Origin: Blasia pusilla
Lineage: Eukaryota
DNA: 64,000 nt
Reading direction: 5' to 3'
NCBI GenBank assembly: GCA_050084515.1
Contig: CM114271.1
Coordinates: forward strand, 930,001 to 994,000
A model generated the notes under the pieces. It saw nothing but the letters and a program-made list of their open reading frames with translations, did no database searches and was not told the DNA's origin. The position numbers and the translations under genes are program-made. Position 1 is the stretch's first letter; every line of letters begins with the position of its first letter. This document shows positions 1 through 13,854 of this stretch, piece after piece.

Positions 1-1240
1 GCGACTGAGTTAGTGGTGTCTTCAACTTTTTTAGGGAGTTGGGCCACTGTAGCACCCCTCCTTTGCTCCCAATTTTTGGTTAGGGATAGACCGCTACTTT
101 TACGGTACGTTTCCCATGTTGAAGATGGTCCTTTCCCACTTCAGTCTTCACTCACAGCTTGTAGAGACTTCCTTCTTGTTGAGGCTAGAGCAATTCTTCC
201 TGCTTTCTCTTCCCTAGTTACCTCTGGATAGTCCGGGCTTCAATCTTCTTTGATGGAAGCCCACTTTGATGCATTATTTAGAGCTACTATGTCGGACGGG
301 AATATCCCCATGGAGGTTCAGGCCTGTATTCGCTCTTGCTCTGGAAAGGGGGCAGACTCATGGGTGGGGGCTTGTCCCCTCATCTCGGCTTTCCGCATCG
401 CACCACTTACCTACACTACAACGATGCGGTTCCGACTGGGATGCCCCAACCATCGGTAGTTGGTTCCACACATTGCGAGTGTCGCCGGAGTCTGGATCCA
501 CTTGGTGTGCATTTGGCACGGTGTCCAATTGGGGGTGAGAGGATGGCCACTTACGATGCAATGCGGGATATTATGTTCTCTATTGCTCGGGAGAGTGGAT
601 TCCATGTACACTCCTCCATACGGGATTCCCTTATCCGTGTTGATCTCAACATGACAAGGGAGTCTGAGGTGGTGGTAGCGGATGTTGTAGTGACGGATCC
701 TACGCGAGAGTCGGTGCAAGCCTAAGTGGTGGCACAAGGGAGATTGCTACAAGGAGCAGCCGCGGCGGTCAAGAAGACCCACATTTATAGTCGACTTCAT
801 GATGGACATCGATTTATCCCCCTAGCCATTGAGATGTACGGGGCTATGGGGGAGAGGTTTGACTTGTTCCTTATGGATTGCGCCCATCATCTCCAGTCGA
901 GAAATGGGTTGTCCTTAGCAATTGCGATACTTTATTGTAGGCAACGGGTCTCCATAGCTTTGAGCCGTGCCCAGGAAAATGGGCTTTTGTGGCGAGCTCA
1001 CGCGGTTGGAGACGCCAATGCTAGAGGCCCTCTTAGTAGTGGTCATAGTTCTCTAGGTGCTGCTGATATTGATTCTGCTGTTGGTGATTTTGGTCGTTAG
1101 GGGGAAGGCCCCCTTCTTTCTGCGCACGGCCGATTTTGACCCTCGAAGTATTTTTGGCTCTCTATGCCCCCTCATTTGTATGCTGATGGGTTTCCCATCC
1201 TATTTTCTATTTATTATTACACTTTTCTTCTCTATCAGGC
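1..1240 (+). mobile_element. 3' part of a degenerate non-LTR retrotransposon with restriction-like endonuclease (CRE-clade-like)
   Basis: Consecutive broken frames give a CCHC knuckle (CECRRSLDPLGVHLARC), RVD...VVADVVVTDP, KKTHIY, FIPLAIEMYG and the C-terminal RQRVSIALSRAQ typical of RLE-type non-LTR elements. Stops and frameshifts are present, and the element runs off the left edge. Confidence 0.75.
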
Positions 1241-1254
1241 CCAATGGGTAATAG

Positions 1255-2075
1255 ACGCCCAGAGGGATAACCATGAACGGTATCGTGTCATGCATCCCTC
1301 CTCCATAGGAATTCTCGACTGTGCACGATTCGCTTGTCACCCCCATCTTCAAAGTTTCAGAACCCGAGAAATTCATTCCTATTGTCCTCGAAGAGTTCTG
1401 GGAGGAGGTTTGCTCGTATTAAACCGGTGCTGGTGCTTGGTTTCAGCTTGTGCGATGTGAATAATGATTCAACGCCAAGACGGGGATTTTTTCACAATGT
1501 GAGAATTGCTCGCCATCATGTGAGAACATACATGAACACACAACGAATCGGTTGCCTAAACCTGTCGACGAGATTGGAAAGCTCTGTCTAAACGAGCTGA
1601 CTATGATGGGGATTTGTACTTTGAGGTTGGAAGAGCTCTGCACGCTCACGGGTCCGTTATCCTATTAGGTCCGGTTGCAACGAGTTCAACATTTCACAAG
1701 GTAATTGAGTTGTGCTTCTCGGACATTTGCACAACAGCTGAACAGATAGCACTTACTGGGTACTCAAAGGATTGTCATCTATGTCATCCTCACCCATTGT
1801 TTCTTCTCGAGCTGATGAAGAGCCCACAGTGCATTACGATGGGTCTCAGGGCTGCATTTTGTTAGCAGTAGTAACGAAGATCAAACTAGTGAGAGGTTGA
1901 AGATTCCAAGGGAGTTGCCGCCTTCTTACCAAATTTTGGTGGTCACTGCATCTGGGATCTGGAACCAACAAAATGACGAAGGAAGGAAGCAGACTTTTTT
2001 TCACTTGCACTTTAGAAGTGCCCCCATAACTCCATTCAGCCAATTTGATTGCGTCCTTGAGCAGATTCATTCGTA
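1255..2075 (+). repeat. Diverged inverted paralogue of 18040-18985 (apparently non-coding)
   Basis: The reverse complement shares colinear blocks with 18040-18985, e.g. gaatctgctc-agg-acgcaa, ctagtttgatcttcgt, catcagctcgagaag, ggtgaggatgacataga, ggcaaccgattcg, cacagtcgagaat. There are many indels. Confidence 0.8.
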
Positions 2076-4161
2076 AGCATTTGTTTCACGTCTACCTACA
2101 CACTTGGTGTCTCGGCTCTTGCTGGACTTGGAATTCCACGAATGTGCGAGCCTCGTGAAGAGTTCTCAACCTCAACTTTTGTCATACACATTAGCACGCA
2201 GCTCCTACAGACCCAAATCGGAGAAATCATAGGCTGTGATATCATAGCTGGCGAGTTAGAGTCGAGGAGTGGAACACTCACGGCAGAGGAAGCTGATGAA
2301 TGGTAGGGGGATCTAGGGAAGGCGACTTCCTTGAAAGGTGTGCACTTAATCATTTCCTATCATTGCATTTGTCCATTTTCACTACTTTGTTTCTGTTACC
2401 CTTCCAAGTTCCATGAGCCGTCAACTTGCTGTGAGCGGATAAGCTCCTCTTCTGGCCATGCAACAAACGTGTCACTGATCTGAAATTCACAATGCGCTCC
2501 CAATTCCACAAACACCGGTTGCAATGGCTGCTCCCACACTGCGGGTACAGAAGCAGAAAATAAGGGACGAATTCCGCTCTCTTGGACTACTCATCTCTCT
2601 CCTTTTTTAAATTACTTAAATTTATTTATTTATTTATTTCCAATTTTTTTTCCCCCTAGCCAGCAAGGTAGTTTTTCTTGGAAACCGTTTATTTCAGGCA
2701 GGTGGTTTAGGGTATCGGTCTAAGAGGGAATTTTTTTCTCCATTATTTTTTGAAAAAGTTCATTTCTAATCGATTTTTAGGCATGCCCAACAAATTTAGG
2801 TCGCATGGAAAACAAGCTGGCTAAAATTTTCCCAGCCTCGTTTGGACTTCAAAGCATGTTTGGAAGACAAAAAAAAGTTCAAAGAACTATTCGTAGTTTG
2901 GATTGTGGAATGTGACATACTTCTTTACCACCTTCAACCCCCTTCTCCTTAGAACGAATATTTGTAAACATCCTTTGCAAGATTTGAAAGTGAACCTGGT
3001 CAGGCCCCCCGCCTATTGGGAGAGAAGGATCCCTCCGCTTTAGAGATATTCAAGCTTCTAAAATGAAGCTTCAACGTATTAAAAGAGAAACCCTCCTTAC
3101 CTTGGCAAATTGCAAGGTTTCCTTTTGCAATGAAATATGCACTTTTGAACAAAGTCAAAAGAGCTAGGTAACAAGTTAGATTCATGCTAGCTACGGCCTT
3201 GGCCATAGATCTATTTCCAACTTTGGGTTAATAGATTGAGCAATAACAACCGGATTGCAGAGCACTAAGAGATTGAGCAGTAGCAAGAGATATCAGACTC
3301 CATAGACCAGAAATACAACGTCGGCCAACAATGAGCACATTGGGGTAGGGACTTGGCAACACGCAGGGCAACGCAGAAGCACATAGACTCATAGAGCAAT
3401 GCGGTAAAAGGTAGGGCAACTCCAACCCACATAGAAATGCTTAGATGCAAGCAATGCGGAAGAACATGGAGGCCAAGCTTACTCCAACTGCACAATGTCG
3501 AATCTCAAGGGCGGATTCAAACAAAGCCGTAAGGGCACAAGTTGAGACCAAAGTTGCATAATGTCACTGTCAAATCTCTAAGATGGAAGCAAAATGAGCC
3601 ACGGCGAGTTGAGACCTTGTGAGTCAGCGAGATTCGTTGATGATCTAGGATGTCGTGCAAATACACATCGCTGCCAACATACATCGATTGTCAAGCACAT
3701 GTATGTCTAAGATCCATCTATATACCTATGAATCCTAACATCTCTATACATGAACGACTGGAAAACCCCAATAAGTTGAATATGAATTGTAAACTTTGAT
3801 GAAATCTGCAATCAACTATGCTTCATCCAAACAGCCATATTCATGAATCAGATACACATTGTTGAAATAGCAAGGGAAAATGTACACAAGGACTCCCAAA
3901 ATATCTGTGTTCTTCGTGCAATCCTAGCCCACTCTTCAAGAGAGAATCCAGGCTCAATACATACAAGTTGCATTGTATCACAGATCCCAATACGGGTCTA
4001 ATCCTAAGGAAGACGAGCTCCAAATGAGCTTCATCCAAGGTATACCCCCTTGGGCACCTCCATGGGTGACTTGTACACACACATCAACTTCTTCCTAGCA
4101 AGTCACTACCAACTTGTAGTACATAGAGTACTAACTCCCTAACAACTACATATATGATCCC

Positions 4162-4912
4162 TGTCACATCTGAGTAGCCGATAGGCCGAGATCTATCGTG
4201 GATAGGGCATAAGAGCAAGAGGACTATCTTGAGTGTAACTTTGTCCCGCGGTGTCGGACGAGGTTGAGAATAAGTATGTTGTGTCAGGAAAATCGTTTTT
4301 GACAACTTTCTTGTTGAGGTCTTTCATAGTTAGGTGACTTGTTGAAGAGGTCACGCGCCCCTGGTAACCTGTGCGCACATGTTACCAAGAGGATAACTAT
4401 TTTTAGCAAAAAGCCTTTTGGCTCTTCCCAACCATATATAAGGGAGGAAGATACGCACGACAACTCTCACATCTAAGTAGTCAATAGGCCGATCTATGGT
4501 GGATAGGGCATAGGAGCCAGCGAAGTGTCTTGTGTGTAACTTTGTCCCACGGTGTTGGAGGAGGTTGAGGATAGGTCCATTGTGTCAGGAACATCGTTTC
4601 TGACAACTTTCCTATTGAGGTCTTTCATAGTCGGGTGACTTGTTGAGCATGTCACCCGCCCCTGGTAACCTATGCGCGCACGTTACTAGGAGGATAGCTA
4701 TTTTTAGGGGAAGAGCTTTTTGCCTCTTCCCAACACTATATAAGGGAGGAAGATGGCTTTCCCAAGCCATATTTCTCATGTTGGGCCATTGGAGTATCTC
4801 TCTTGTGTGTGTGTGAGCTAGCGCAGGGTGGATAAGGCTTGATATGCCGATGTAGATTGAGGAGTGGAGTTTTAGGCCGGGTGTGCCATTTTTAATAGTG
4901 TTTATTTTTACA
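4162..4912 (+). repeat. E1 left end: A' (4162-4452), B' end remnant (4453-4462), AC, complete A' (4465-4912)
   Basis: A ~290-bp segment is duplicated. The junction reads gcacgaca-ac-tctcacatc. A TATATAAG lies at ~4737, and A' is followed by the putative PBS taagaaagatg. Confidence 0.8.
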
Positions 4913-5894
4913 TAAGAAAGATGTCAAGGGGCTGATGGTAATTTGTTGTTTGTTGGCACGCAAACAAGTTGCCTTGATGAGGAGCCCCTGGAGACGCTGG
5001 ATGGCATTTTGTTGTTATTTTTTTGTTCGAAAGACTATGGACGGAAACGCTGTCCGTTTTCTCAGGTTTTTGTTGGTGCAAACTGACTAGAGGCAACAAC
5101 ATAGTACAATGCTCGGATAACATGAAGAGGGACAACGACGGTCGCAAGTGAGTAGCGGAAAGTGTCGGGAGAGAGGAAGAGAAGCATTTTTAGAGCAAGT
5201 CTCCATAGCCACCGTGAGGGCGACTAGGTCAGGTCTAGGCCCTAGGGTTAGGGCAGAGCCGGGAGCCAGAGCCGAAGCCAGGGGGCGGCGAGCTAAGGAG
5301 CCACGGCCCTTGGCCACGACCCTTCCCATCAGTACCTCCCGTCGAACCTCCCGTCAATAGCAGCACGGCCAAGGGCCGTGCTGCTATTGATGGGAGGTTC
5401 GACGTGTTGGTCGAGGAGGGTGTCACGTTGCGGAGGTTGTCATATCACATGGAGGAGTGGATGTTGACGGTGGTGTAGGTTGGAGGGCGTGATTAGGTTA
5501 CCCATTCGAGTCCCCTTTCCCACACTTATCTTATGTGATTGAGAGTGCTTGGTGTCGGATAGTTGATGGGGCTACATGGGTGTAGCAATGGTGACGAGGA
5601 TAGCCTCCATGCATCTGTAGCATGTTTGTGGATATATGGCGGTTTCCGAGTAGGGATCACATGTATGACCCAAGAGTATTAGTGGTTTAGGTGAGTTAGT
5701 TGGGAGGCTCATGGTGAGCCCGAGTGTTGAGTGTTGAGTGTGCGTGAGGCCGGGTGTGTCGTCACGGAATTACCATAAGCGTTGGTGAGCTAGTGAGGAG
5801 TGTGGGAGACTCTTGGTGAGTCTGAGTGCGTGAGCGGGTGAGACAGGGTTGTCATCATGGTGTTCTTCTTGAGTTCGGAAGAACGGGGTAGTGC

Positions 5895-5927
<33 letters not shown>

Positions 5928-5959
5928 GGTGACACCCATTGGAGTGAGATACCGAGCGG

Positions 5960-8900
5960 TTATGAGTGAGGAGCTACCCCGACATCCATTCTTGGCTGGA
6001 TTGTCATTACTAGACATTGGGTCTGGTGAAGAGATCGCAGACGGAGGCAGTGTCACTTGGCAGGAGATGGACAAGATGGGCCATTGGGGCATGCGTTGTT
6101 TCTCGAGTGCAGTGGGCACCATCGACTAAGATGATTTTATCCAGGAGTTCGACACGTGGTGCGACTTCCAGGAGATACGGACCCCAAGACGGTTCAACCC
6201 TTTCATGGCATGGAAGGGGTTGTTCTAGCACTTGGAGGTTCCTCCGATGGATGATTATATGGAGTTTCGATCACTATATTCAGTAGAGATCGATGCTTGG
6301 AGGATGTATTGAGCTCTAGGGTATGTGTCCACTAGTGGTCGTGAGGTATATCATGGGATCGTGAGAGGAGAGAAATCCACCCAATCAGCCCAGAGACTAG
6401 ATGGGGAGGAGGGCAGTGAGATAGGCGATGTGGCAAAGACCTCTGGTGGTAGAGGGCTACCAAGATTTCATCCCAAAGTGGAGTTCTTCCGACAGTTGGG
6501 GAAGAGCTACCAGGGCGTATGCACCGACAAGCTGAAGAGTCTAAAGGATTTTCAGCGACCATTGAGTGAGAGTCTGAGAGAGGAATTCACGCGCATGAGG
6601 AGGCTGATCATTGCTAATTATGGAGTGACTGAGGCGTAGTCAGTCCAGTATTAGTACGGGGTTTTGGACCGAGAACTACGGAGGAGAGTCCAAGATGCCG
6701 TACTTATTTACACAGCAAAGCCCACATTGAAGGTGGTCTTCAAGTTGTCTGAGCGTATTGAGCTCAACATGAGTGAGGAGCAGGTAGTGATCGCAGGATT
6801 TTCTCGAGAGTCGATGGATCCACGAGCGACGGTGACCCCACATGTGCCACAGCAAGCACCAGTACCACTGGAGCGGACAAGTGTGCCCAGAGAGTAGGGC
6901 GGGTACCGTGAGTCTATGAGGCAACGACCCATACCTACATATGTTGCCAAGCAAGGACCGATGTTGTCTTGTTGGATGTGTGGAGGGGCCCATAGGCAGA
7001 GAGATTGCACATAGTATGGGAGAGGACCACGAGCGGCTTCGATTGCTCAGGAGCCATAGAGGATGGCACCACCATAGTACAAGTGTGACTATTGCCACAG
7101 ATATGGTCACACTTGGGATAGATGTTTTGACCTTCGTCAAGAGGCACGTCCAGAGGTAGACCGAGGGCTTGGGGGCGATTGTCTTGGAGGAGGTCGGAGA
7201 GTTGTTCCTAGACATGGTGGTAGAGGACCACCACCAGCCAAAGGAGATGGAGCAGGAGCACCAGAGCCGGCACTTCTCTCACGCATCGATCAATTGGAGT
7301 AGAGGATTGCTCCCATGACGATGATGCAGCTCAGGGAAGGCACGGAGCCGCGAGCAGCTAGTGTGGCTCCACCTTCTATCTCTTACCCTGACCCGGGTGA
7401 GGATCTCGCTAGTATGGGATTTATGTGTAGTGCAGCTCAGGTTGAGGCTGCTGCAATGGTGATTGGGGGTGTTGCGAGAGGCATTGAGGTCATAACCTAG
7501 GGTCATTCATCAACTGGCCGAGGGTTTGGATGTCAGGATCCCAGGTCAAGAATGTTTTGGGAGATGCTGCGAGTAGTATGATACTTGCAGGAGAGTCAAA
7601 CATGTTCTCCGGCGTACATTTTGGAGAACGTGCCATTGTTGGAAGACGCTCGTGCACGTGTGATGACGAGTTGCATCAGGTGAGGTCTTGGTTGGAATCT
7701 GCTGTGTTGTTAGATGCAGCGAGAGTTGGATTATGCGCTCATCGTCCATGACTATGGTGGACGAACCTGATACCATCATAGGTACTAAGTCGAGCATACG
7801 ATGGAGTCCAAAGAGCACCACATCTCACAATGGATGCTATTTTGGGCTCAGGGCGTCGATCTCAGGTGGTGACGCGGGATGATAGACCACCGTTGGCGAT
7901 GTCCAATAGGGTGGGGGAGTTGAGGGCAACCTTACCTACATTGGTGAGCTTCCCAACATCCCACGCCTTTCGTTAGGGAGGTCTAGGCATGATTTGGGAT
8001 GAGGTGACCCGAGCATTGGAGGAGCCTACAACAGATGAGAATGAGCGTGCCATGGGGTTCGCTAAGGGTACTACGGCGGTGCCAGGTATGACTGAGGCAT
8101 CTCGAAGGCAGGTGTTGGGGCAGGCGATGGACCTCAACTGTCTCACATGGATAGTATGCCTAGGTATGGTTGAGCAGAGACGGATGCAAGTATCATCCAT
8201 GCCGTCACGTCCATGTCTTGGAGCATTGCCTACAGGGTCTGTACAAGCTTTGGCTGGGGGTGGGATGAGGAGAGATAGGCACCCATGTACTTCTAGGGAC
8301 GTTGTTCGAGTGGAGAGTGCGAAGGCGGCCAGAGCAGCACATGTTGATTTTTTGGATGTGGAGCATGGTGTAGGAGGTCAGAGTGGAGTGGCTGTTGCAG
8401 AGGTTGCTACATACCAACCAAAGGTTGCGTCCTCTCCGAGTGAGGTCACGATGGAGACTTGGGAGCATGTGATAGGTCTCAAGTTGATAAGAGGAGAGCG
8501 ACGATGAGTTCATAGGCACGTCAATTATTTTGCCTTCATTATGAGAGACTTGGGTATGTTGAAGGGTCATGGGATACGGATTGAGTTGGCTAGTGATACG
8601 TCAATCTTTCGTCGACCCTACAGGTATTGTGATATGGAGCGAGCCTTGATTCAGAGCAGGAGTCAGGACTTGTTGGAGGCAGGACTTGTGGAGTTATCAC
8701 ATGGGGAGTACTCATCTGCCACAGTCATGCCAATGAAGAAGGATATGTATAGCAATTGGACGGATAGGCGGATGTGTGGAGATTACCGTCCTATCAACCA
8801 ACAGACAAGGTCAGATCGGTACTCCATGCCTACTTCTGAGGAGATCTTTGATGCGGCAGGGCATGCAAAGATCTTGAGTACTTTAGATCTCCATGCTGGC

Positions 8901-11520
8901 TATCATCAGCTTCCTATTAGGTTGGAGGACAGGAAGAAGACATCATTATGGGGGATAGATCGGTTTGGGAGAGATTGCTTGTATCAATAGCGCTTCTTAC
9001 CATTTGGATTGAAGAACGCGCCTGCAGAGTTTCAGAGAGTGATGGATAGGATTTTGGCTGGATTGGATTTTGTACGATGTTACATAGATGATATTCTTAT
9101 CTTCAATTCCACGGTTGAGGAGCATGAGCAACCCTGGAGGAGGTGTTTTGGCGATTGCAGTTACATGGAATGAAGTTACATCCGGGCAAGTACAGATTCT
9201 TTCAGGAGTAGATTGAGTATTTGGGACACACCATATATCCGAGTGGGTTAGGTGTTTAGAAGACGAAGGTGGAGGCTATTGGGCAGATTCCACGCCCTAC
9301 AGATGTGAGTAGAGTCCGAGCGTTTCTTCGACTGGCGAACTTCTATCGACGGTATATCAAGGGTTTTAGTGCGATCACAAAGTCTTTGACCTTGTTGAAG
9401 AGACTTGATCAGGTTTGGTTGTGGGGAGATGATCAAGAGCGGGCATTTCAGGAGCTCAAGGACAGGTAGACGTCCTCACCCATTTTACAGAGACCGGTTA
9501 GGGGTCGCCCATTCCAGTTACATACGGATTGGAGTTTGTTGGGTCTAGGAGCAGTGCTTACTTAGAGGGATGAAAAGGAGAGGGAAATCATTGTGGCTTA
9601 CGCGAGCCGATCAAACAACATTGAAGAGGCAAAGTACAATTCCTACGAGGGAGAGTGCTTGGTTGTAGTGTGGGCTATGGTACATTTCAAGTGCTATTTA
9701 TTCGACAACCCTTTCACACTTATCACTGATCATCAGTCGTTGAGGTGGTTGATGGAGTCCGAAACGCTTATGGGAAAGCTTTCTAGGTGGGCTCTATTAC
9801 TACAAGATTATGAGTTTGAGGTGGTTCACACGCCAGGTCAGCTGAACGAGGATGCGGATGGGTTGAGTTGTAACCCATGTCTGAGTCAGAGAGACGACAC
9901 AAGAGCTCGATGGCACGGAGAGAGTGATGAGGAGATGGTGCCTGGTTGGCATGCATTTGCCTATCTTTGTTGGTTGACTATGGTAGGTCAGCCGTAGGTG
10001 ATGACTCTAGTGGTGGGGTCGGATGATGAGTCTTTGGATCTAGAGGTTAGTGAGGAGGCGACAGGTGGTCGTGATATCCATGACGACGTGGAGGTTGTGG
10101 AGTTCTTGCGCATTGGCATCACATCAAGCATAATGAGTGCTAGGGAGCGGGATCGGATCCTACAGAAAGCCATGAGGTTCAGGTGGGAGGGGACTCATAT
10201 TTTGCGGGTATGGGGAGATGGTAGGATATGAGTGGTACCTCACCCTTCCCAGCAAGCACGTGTAGTGCGACATTCCCATGAGGAGTTGGAGCATTTTGGA
10301 GTAAAACGTACTTACAGCTTACTCCAGGTTCAGTATTGGTGGCGCGGCATGCATACTAGGGTACAACATTTTGTGGGCAGATGTATGGTATGTGACAGAG
10401 TGCAAGCATCCTTCAATGCTCTCACTCCACTGTTACATCCTTTTCCGATTATGGGTTTAGGTTATCGGTGGAGTTTAGACTTTACGGGACCTTTGCCGTT
10501 GACGGGGCGTCATCACAAGTACGTGTTGGTCATGGTGGAGCATTTCTCCAAGTGGATAGAGTTAGTGGCACTACCGGATAAGGCGAGCAAGGTAGCAACT
10601 TATGCATTTCTATATCGTTTGCTTAGTCACTTTGGTGCACCATTGGAGGTGTTGACTGACCAAGGTATCGAGTTCAGGGGAGAGTTTCAGGCCTTGTGTG
10701 ATCATGCGCTGATAGATCACCGCACCACGTCCAGAGATCATCTTGAGGCGGATGGGTTGGCGGAGAGAGTAGTACAGACGATGAAGAGAGGGTTGCGCAA
10801 ATATGGCTTGCAACGGGGACAATTGAGGGAGTAGGACCTACAGTTGCCGTGGTTGGCTATGGATTATCGCTTTAGTCGGCAGGTATCCTTGGCGTCATTT
10901 TCACCGTACTTTTTGTTCTTTGGGAGAGAGCCAGATTTACTTGCACCTATTCGAGGTAATATGGCGGAGGTGTTAGATCTTGATGATCCAGATGTGTGGG
11001 TATAAGCGTGTTCTCAGAGGGTGGAGATTTTTTGTAGAGTTATGCCTACGACCTTTGAAAACTTAGCTATTGCTCAACATAGAGATACATTGAGGTACGC
11101 AACCATTCATGGAGGAGTTTATCATCCAGGGATTAGGAGGTTTCATCTTGGAGATTACGTGTATTTACAGTAGGCAGCACCCACGACGCTAGATGTTAGT
11201 GCAGGGGGCACCATCCTATGTGTGCGCAAGGTATTATCGACCGGAGTCCTCATATTGGAGGGACGGGGTGGTATAATTTGGAAGGATCATGTGCGAAATT
11301 GTGCGCCATGTCATCTTTTGAACATGGACGGGACAGTGGATCCGAGCTTGGCAATGGTACCTACATGCTTGAGGTGTATGTTGTGCGGATCTACGAGAGA
11401 TGCAACCACCATGTTGGTATGTGATGGTTGTTCTCGAGGGTGGCATATGTCATGTCTGACCCCCCTTCCCCCCCTCTTGATGTAGTTTCCACGGGACGAT
11501 GGATGTGTCCAAGATGTGTA
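5960..11520 (+). pseudogene. E1 gag-pol (gag, MTase C-half, RT, RNase H, integrase, PHD), many stops
   Basis: Motifs seen: FIQEFDTWCD (capsid); YILENVP and ENERAMGF/LGQAMD (MTase VI, IX, X); RMCGDYRPIN, PFGLKNAP and YIDD (RT); AYASRS/YEGECL (RNase H); HxxLxH...CxxC, SLDFTGP, LTDQG and DGLAER (DDE integrase); CMLC...CDGC...WHMSC...CPRC (PHD). Protease and the MTase N-half are deleted at ~7500. Confidence 0.9.
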
Positions 11521-11590
11521 TAGGGTAGTAGGTCATGTCAGGGAGATGTGACATTTTCTATCTGGAGTTAGGGGGATCCAAGTGCCAGCT

Positions 11591-11737
11591 AGGGGGGCGT
11601 TTGTGTGATCTCCATGTATATGTATGAGTTGATTTCTGTACATGTGTGCATCTACCCGTGTGTGGGGACGATCGATGTTGTATGGTGTGGATGTGACCAA
11701 CGATGTATGTTATATGGCGATGTGTATGGGCACGACA
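11591..11737 (+). repeat. E1 polypurine tract (agggggg) and right-end segment B' (11602-11737)
   Basis: The PPT is followed by TT and then tgtgtg...gatgtgtatgggcacgaca. No copy of A' follows. Confidence 0.8.
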
Positions 11738-13854
11738 TCCCCTCATGAGACCAACAACCAACTAACCCACGATCCTATAGGTCCAAGTGGAGCCATACAT
11801 GGCTAGGAAGGTCAACCTCTCTAAGGTTGTCACTCCTCATAAAGGGATGGATGACTTACACTCGTAGGTCATCTCCTAAGAATAGGTCACATATGACCTC
11901 TCGAAATAGGGAAGTACAAGACCTCTCTAAGGCCTCGATACTATCTCACCCTACACCTCATCTACCATGACAAGGGCAACAACACTCAACAAGGCAAAAA
12001 GGTTTGAGTGAGAGCATGGAAATGCACGCCTAAGTTAGCATGATTGTGCCGTCATTGGTCTAGTGCTACACTTCCTTAACTTTAGATTAGGTTGCACCCC
12101 TTCCCCACCTTAGAATTCGACTACCCAACATGAATGGTCTGAATTCCTTGAGTACCCATACTTGACACATGGCACCGGATCACATGTCTTTGGTTCTATC
12201 ATCTATGGCAACCACAAATTGGCCCAAAGCCCAAAGGTATTCCAATTCACTGCAGATACTCCTCTACCGTGAACTGGCACCGACAAACTTGAGCTTCCAT
12301 TTCCCGACACAAATTCCCCTAAAACCTATGTTTTCCTAGTGTCAACCTTTCCGAGCAGTCACTTGTCGAAAACTTATTTCACTCACTCGAAAACTCGGCC
12401 AGAAATCGTAAACAAAGGGCACTAATTCTAGAAATCTTTTGGCTGCGGATACTCGTAGCACCAATTTTGTGCGGACGTTGTGAATTGACACTTAGTGTGT
12501 TTCTCTTGACCTTAGACTTAGTTTTGTGTTTTGAGATTCGTTCTTTCCCCATAGGTTAAGGTAATACGTGTGTATCAATTGTCTCTTATTCGATTCTGTT
12601 AATCCATCTTCTCTCCTTCCCAAAAGCTATAATAGCCCGATTGTTGGCTCTTCTCGTGCATCAAGCATAGCCCAATTCATGCGCCAGAATGACTAAAACC
12701 AATAATTAAACTAGTATGTGGCCCTTTGAGAGGGATGGGGAGAGAAAATGACTAATAGGCATGTGTAGAGGACACGTGGATAGCCTAGATGATGAGGAAA
12801 AACAAAGGGAGAACTTATAGGGATCGTTAACAAGAATTGCAATCTCAAGCGCGAAAATATGTATACTCGGAACGCACCAAGAGCACAGGCGAGCCACATA
12901 CCACAACTCCTACTCCATTGCCAAAAAAAAACAAAATGACCACTGACTTCCCAACGTCTAACCGACGAACGAATGCAAGGGGAGGGAGGATCGGAGCTTT
13001 CTCTGCTGTGAACGAGTGGGAACAGAAGTTACGAAACGGCACTGAAATGGACTGGATTGAGTGCTCAAAAATAGAACGCGTCAGGCCCGCTTGAGATCTG
13101 AGCTCTTTACCGACCGACGCTCCAAGGCGGCAGGACCCGTGGGACTAGCGCTAGGAAAGCATATGGGATAATGGGACGTACATGTCAATGGCTAGCATAT
13201 TGTACTAGTGAGCTACTTATGGATTTAGGAGAAGATAACGAATCTCTCGTCGGCCAAAGTCGCTATTAAGGTCTCACAAATCTCACTAGTACTAATCACA
13301 CGAACCTAAGATCACACGAATCTCACTAATACTAATCACACGAACCTAAGGTCATACGAACCTTATTAAGTAGACCTGAATTCAATCCAATCACACAAAC
13401 CAAAGTGATGTGATGGATAGCCTACCCAACGAAACATACATGTACGGGTTATAATACTAATTTTGAAGTGAAAAAAACCTATTTTTAATATGCAAAATGC
13501 GTCCTAAAATGACACTACTCTTCATAAAGTGGTCCAAAAGATCTTACAACACGCATGTGACACATAACCGCTATTTCCCTCCATTAATGAAAATTAAAAC
13601 TCAGTTTTTTCAAACCTTGAAAATCTCTAAATTTTGGAGACTAACAAAACCCTAATTAAACCTGTGGTTAGTCAACGGTTAAGTGGAGCATGCTGTTCGG
13701 TCAGCGAGCTTCACATTCCACTTTTCAACAATCGCAAGACGGACGAAACTCGAACATTTGCTTGGAGAGCACTTGTTGCTATGGCCACTATTGGAACAAA
13801 GTGCTCTCCAAACAAGTGTTCCGAAACTCCATTTATGCAAAATGGACATTACCT

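Larger units (their letters stand above)
4162..11737 (+). mobile_element. E1: degenerate Ty3/Gypsy retroelement (family 1) with permuted LTR, partial DNA methyltransferase and PHD-integrase
   Basis: Termini tgtcacatc...gcacgaca are flanked by a TCCC/TCCC 4-bp TSD (4158-4161, 11738-11741). Gag, MTase C-half, RT, RNase H, integrase and PHD remnants occur in order. Confidence 0.92.
3651..11972 (-). mobile_element. Older short A-B type element (3651-4161 plus 11742-11972) interrupted by element E1
   Basis: Begins tgtcgtgcaaatacacatcg, the reverse complement of the family B-end gatgtg...gcacgaca. A catgaca end lies at 11972. The flanks AGGA/AGGG are a 3/4 match to a 4-bp TSD. Confidence 0.45.

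Noticed and set aside
3000-3230. Possible hAT-transposase fragment (LLTLFKSAYFIAK)
   Set aside because: This is a single short motif with no further domain or TIR support.
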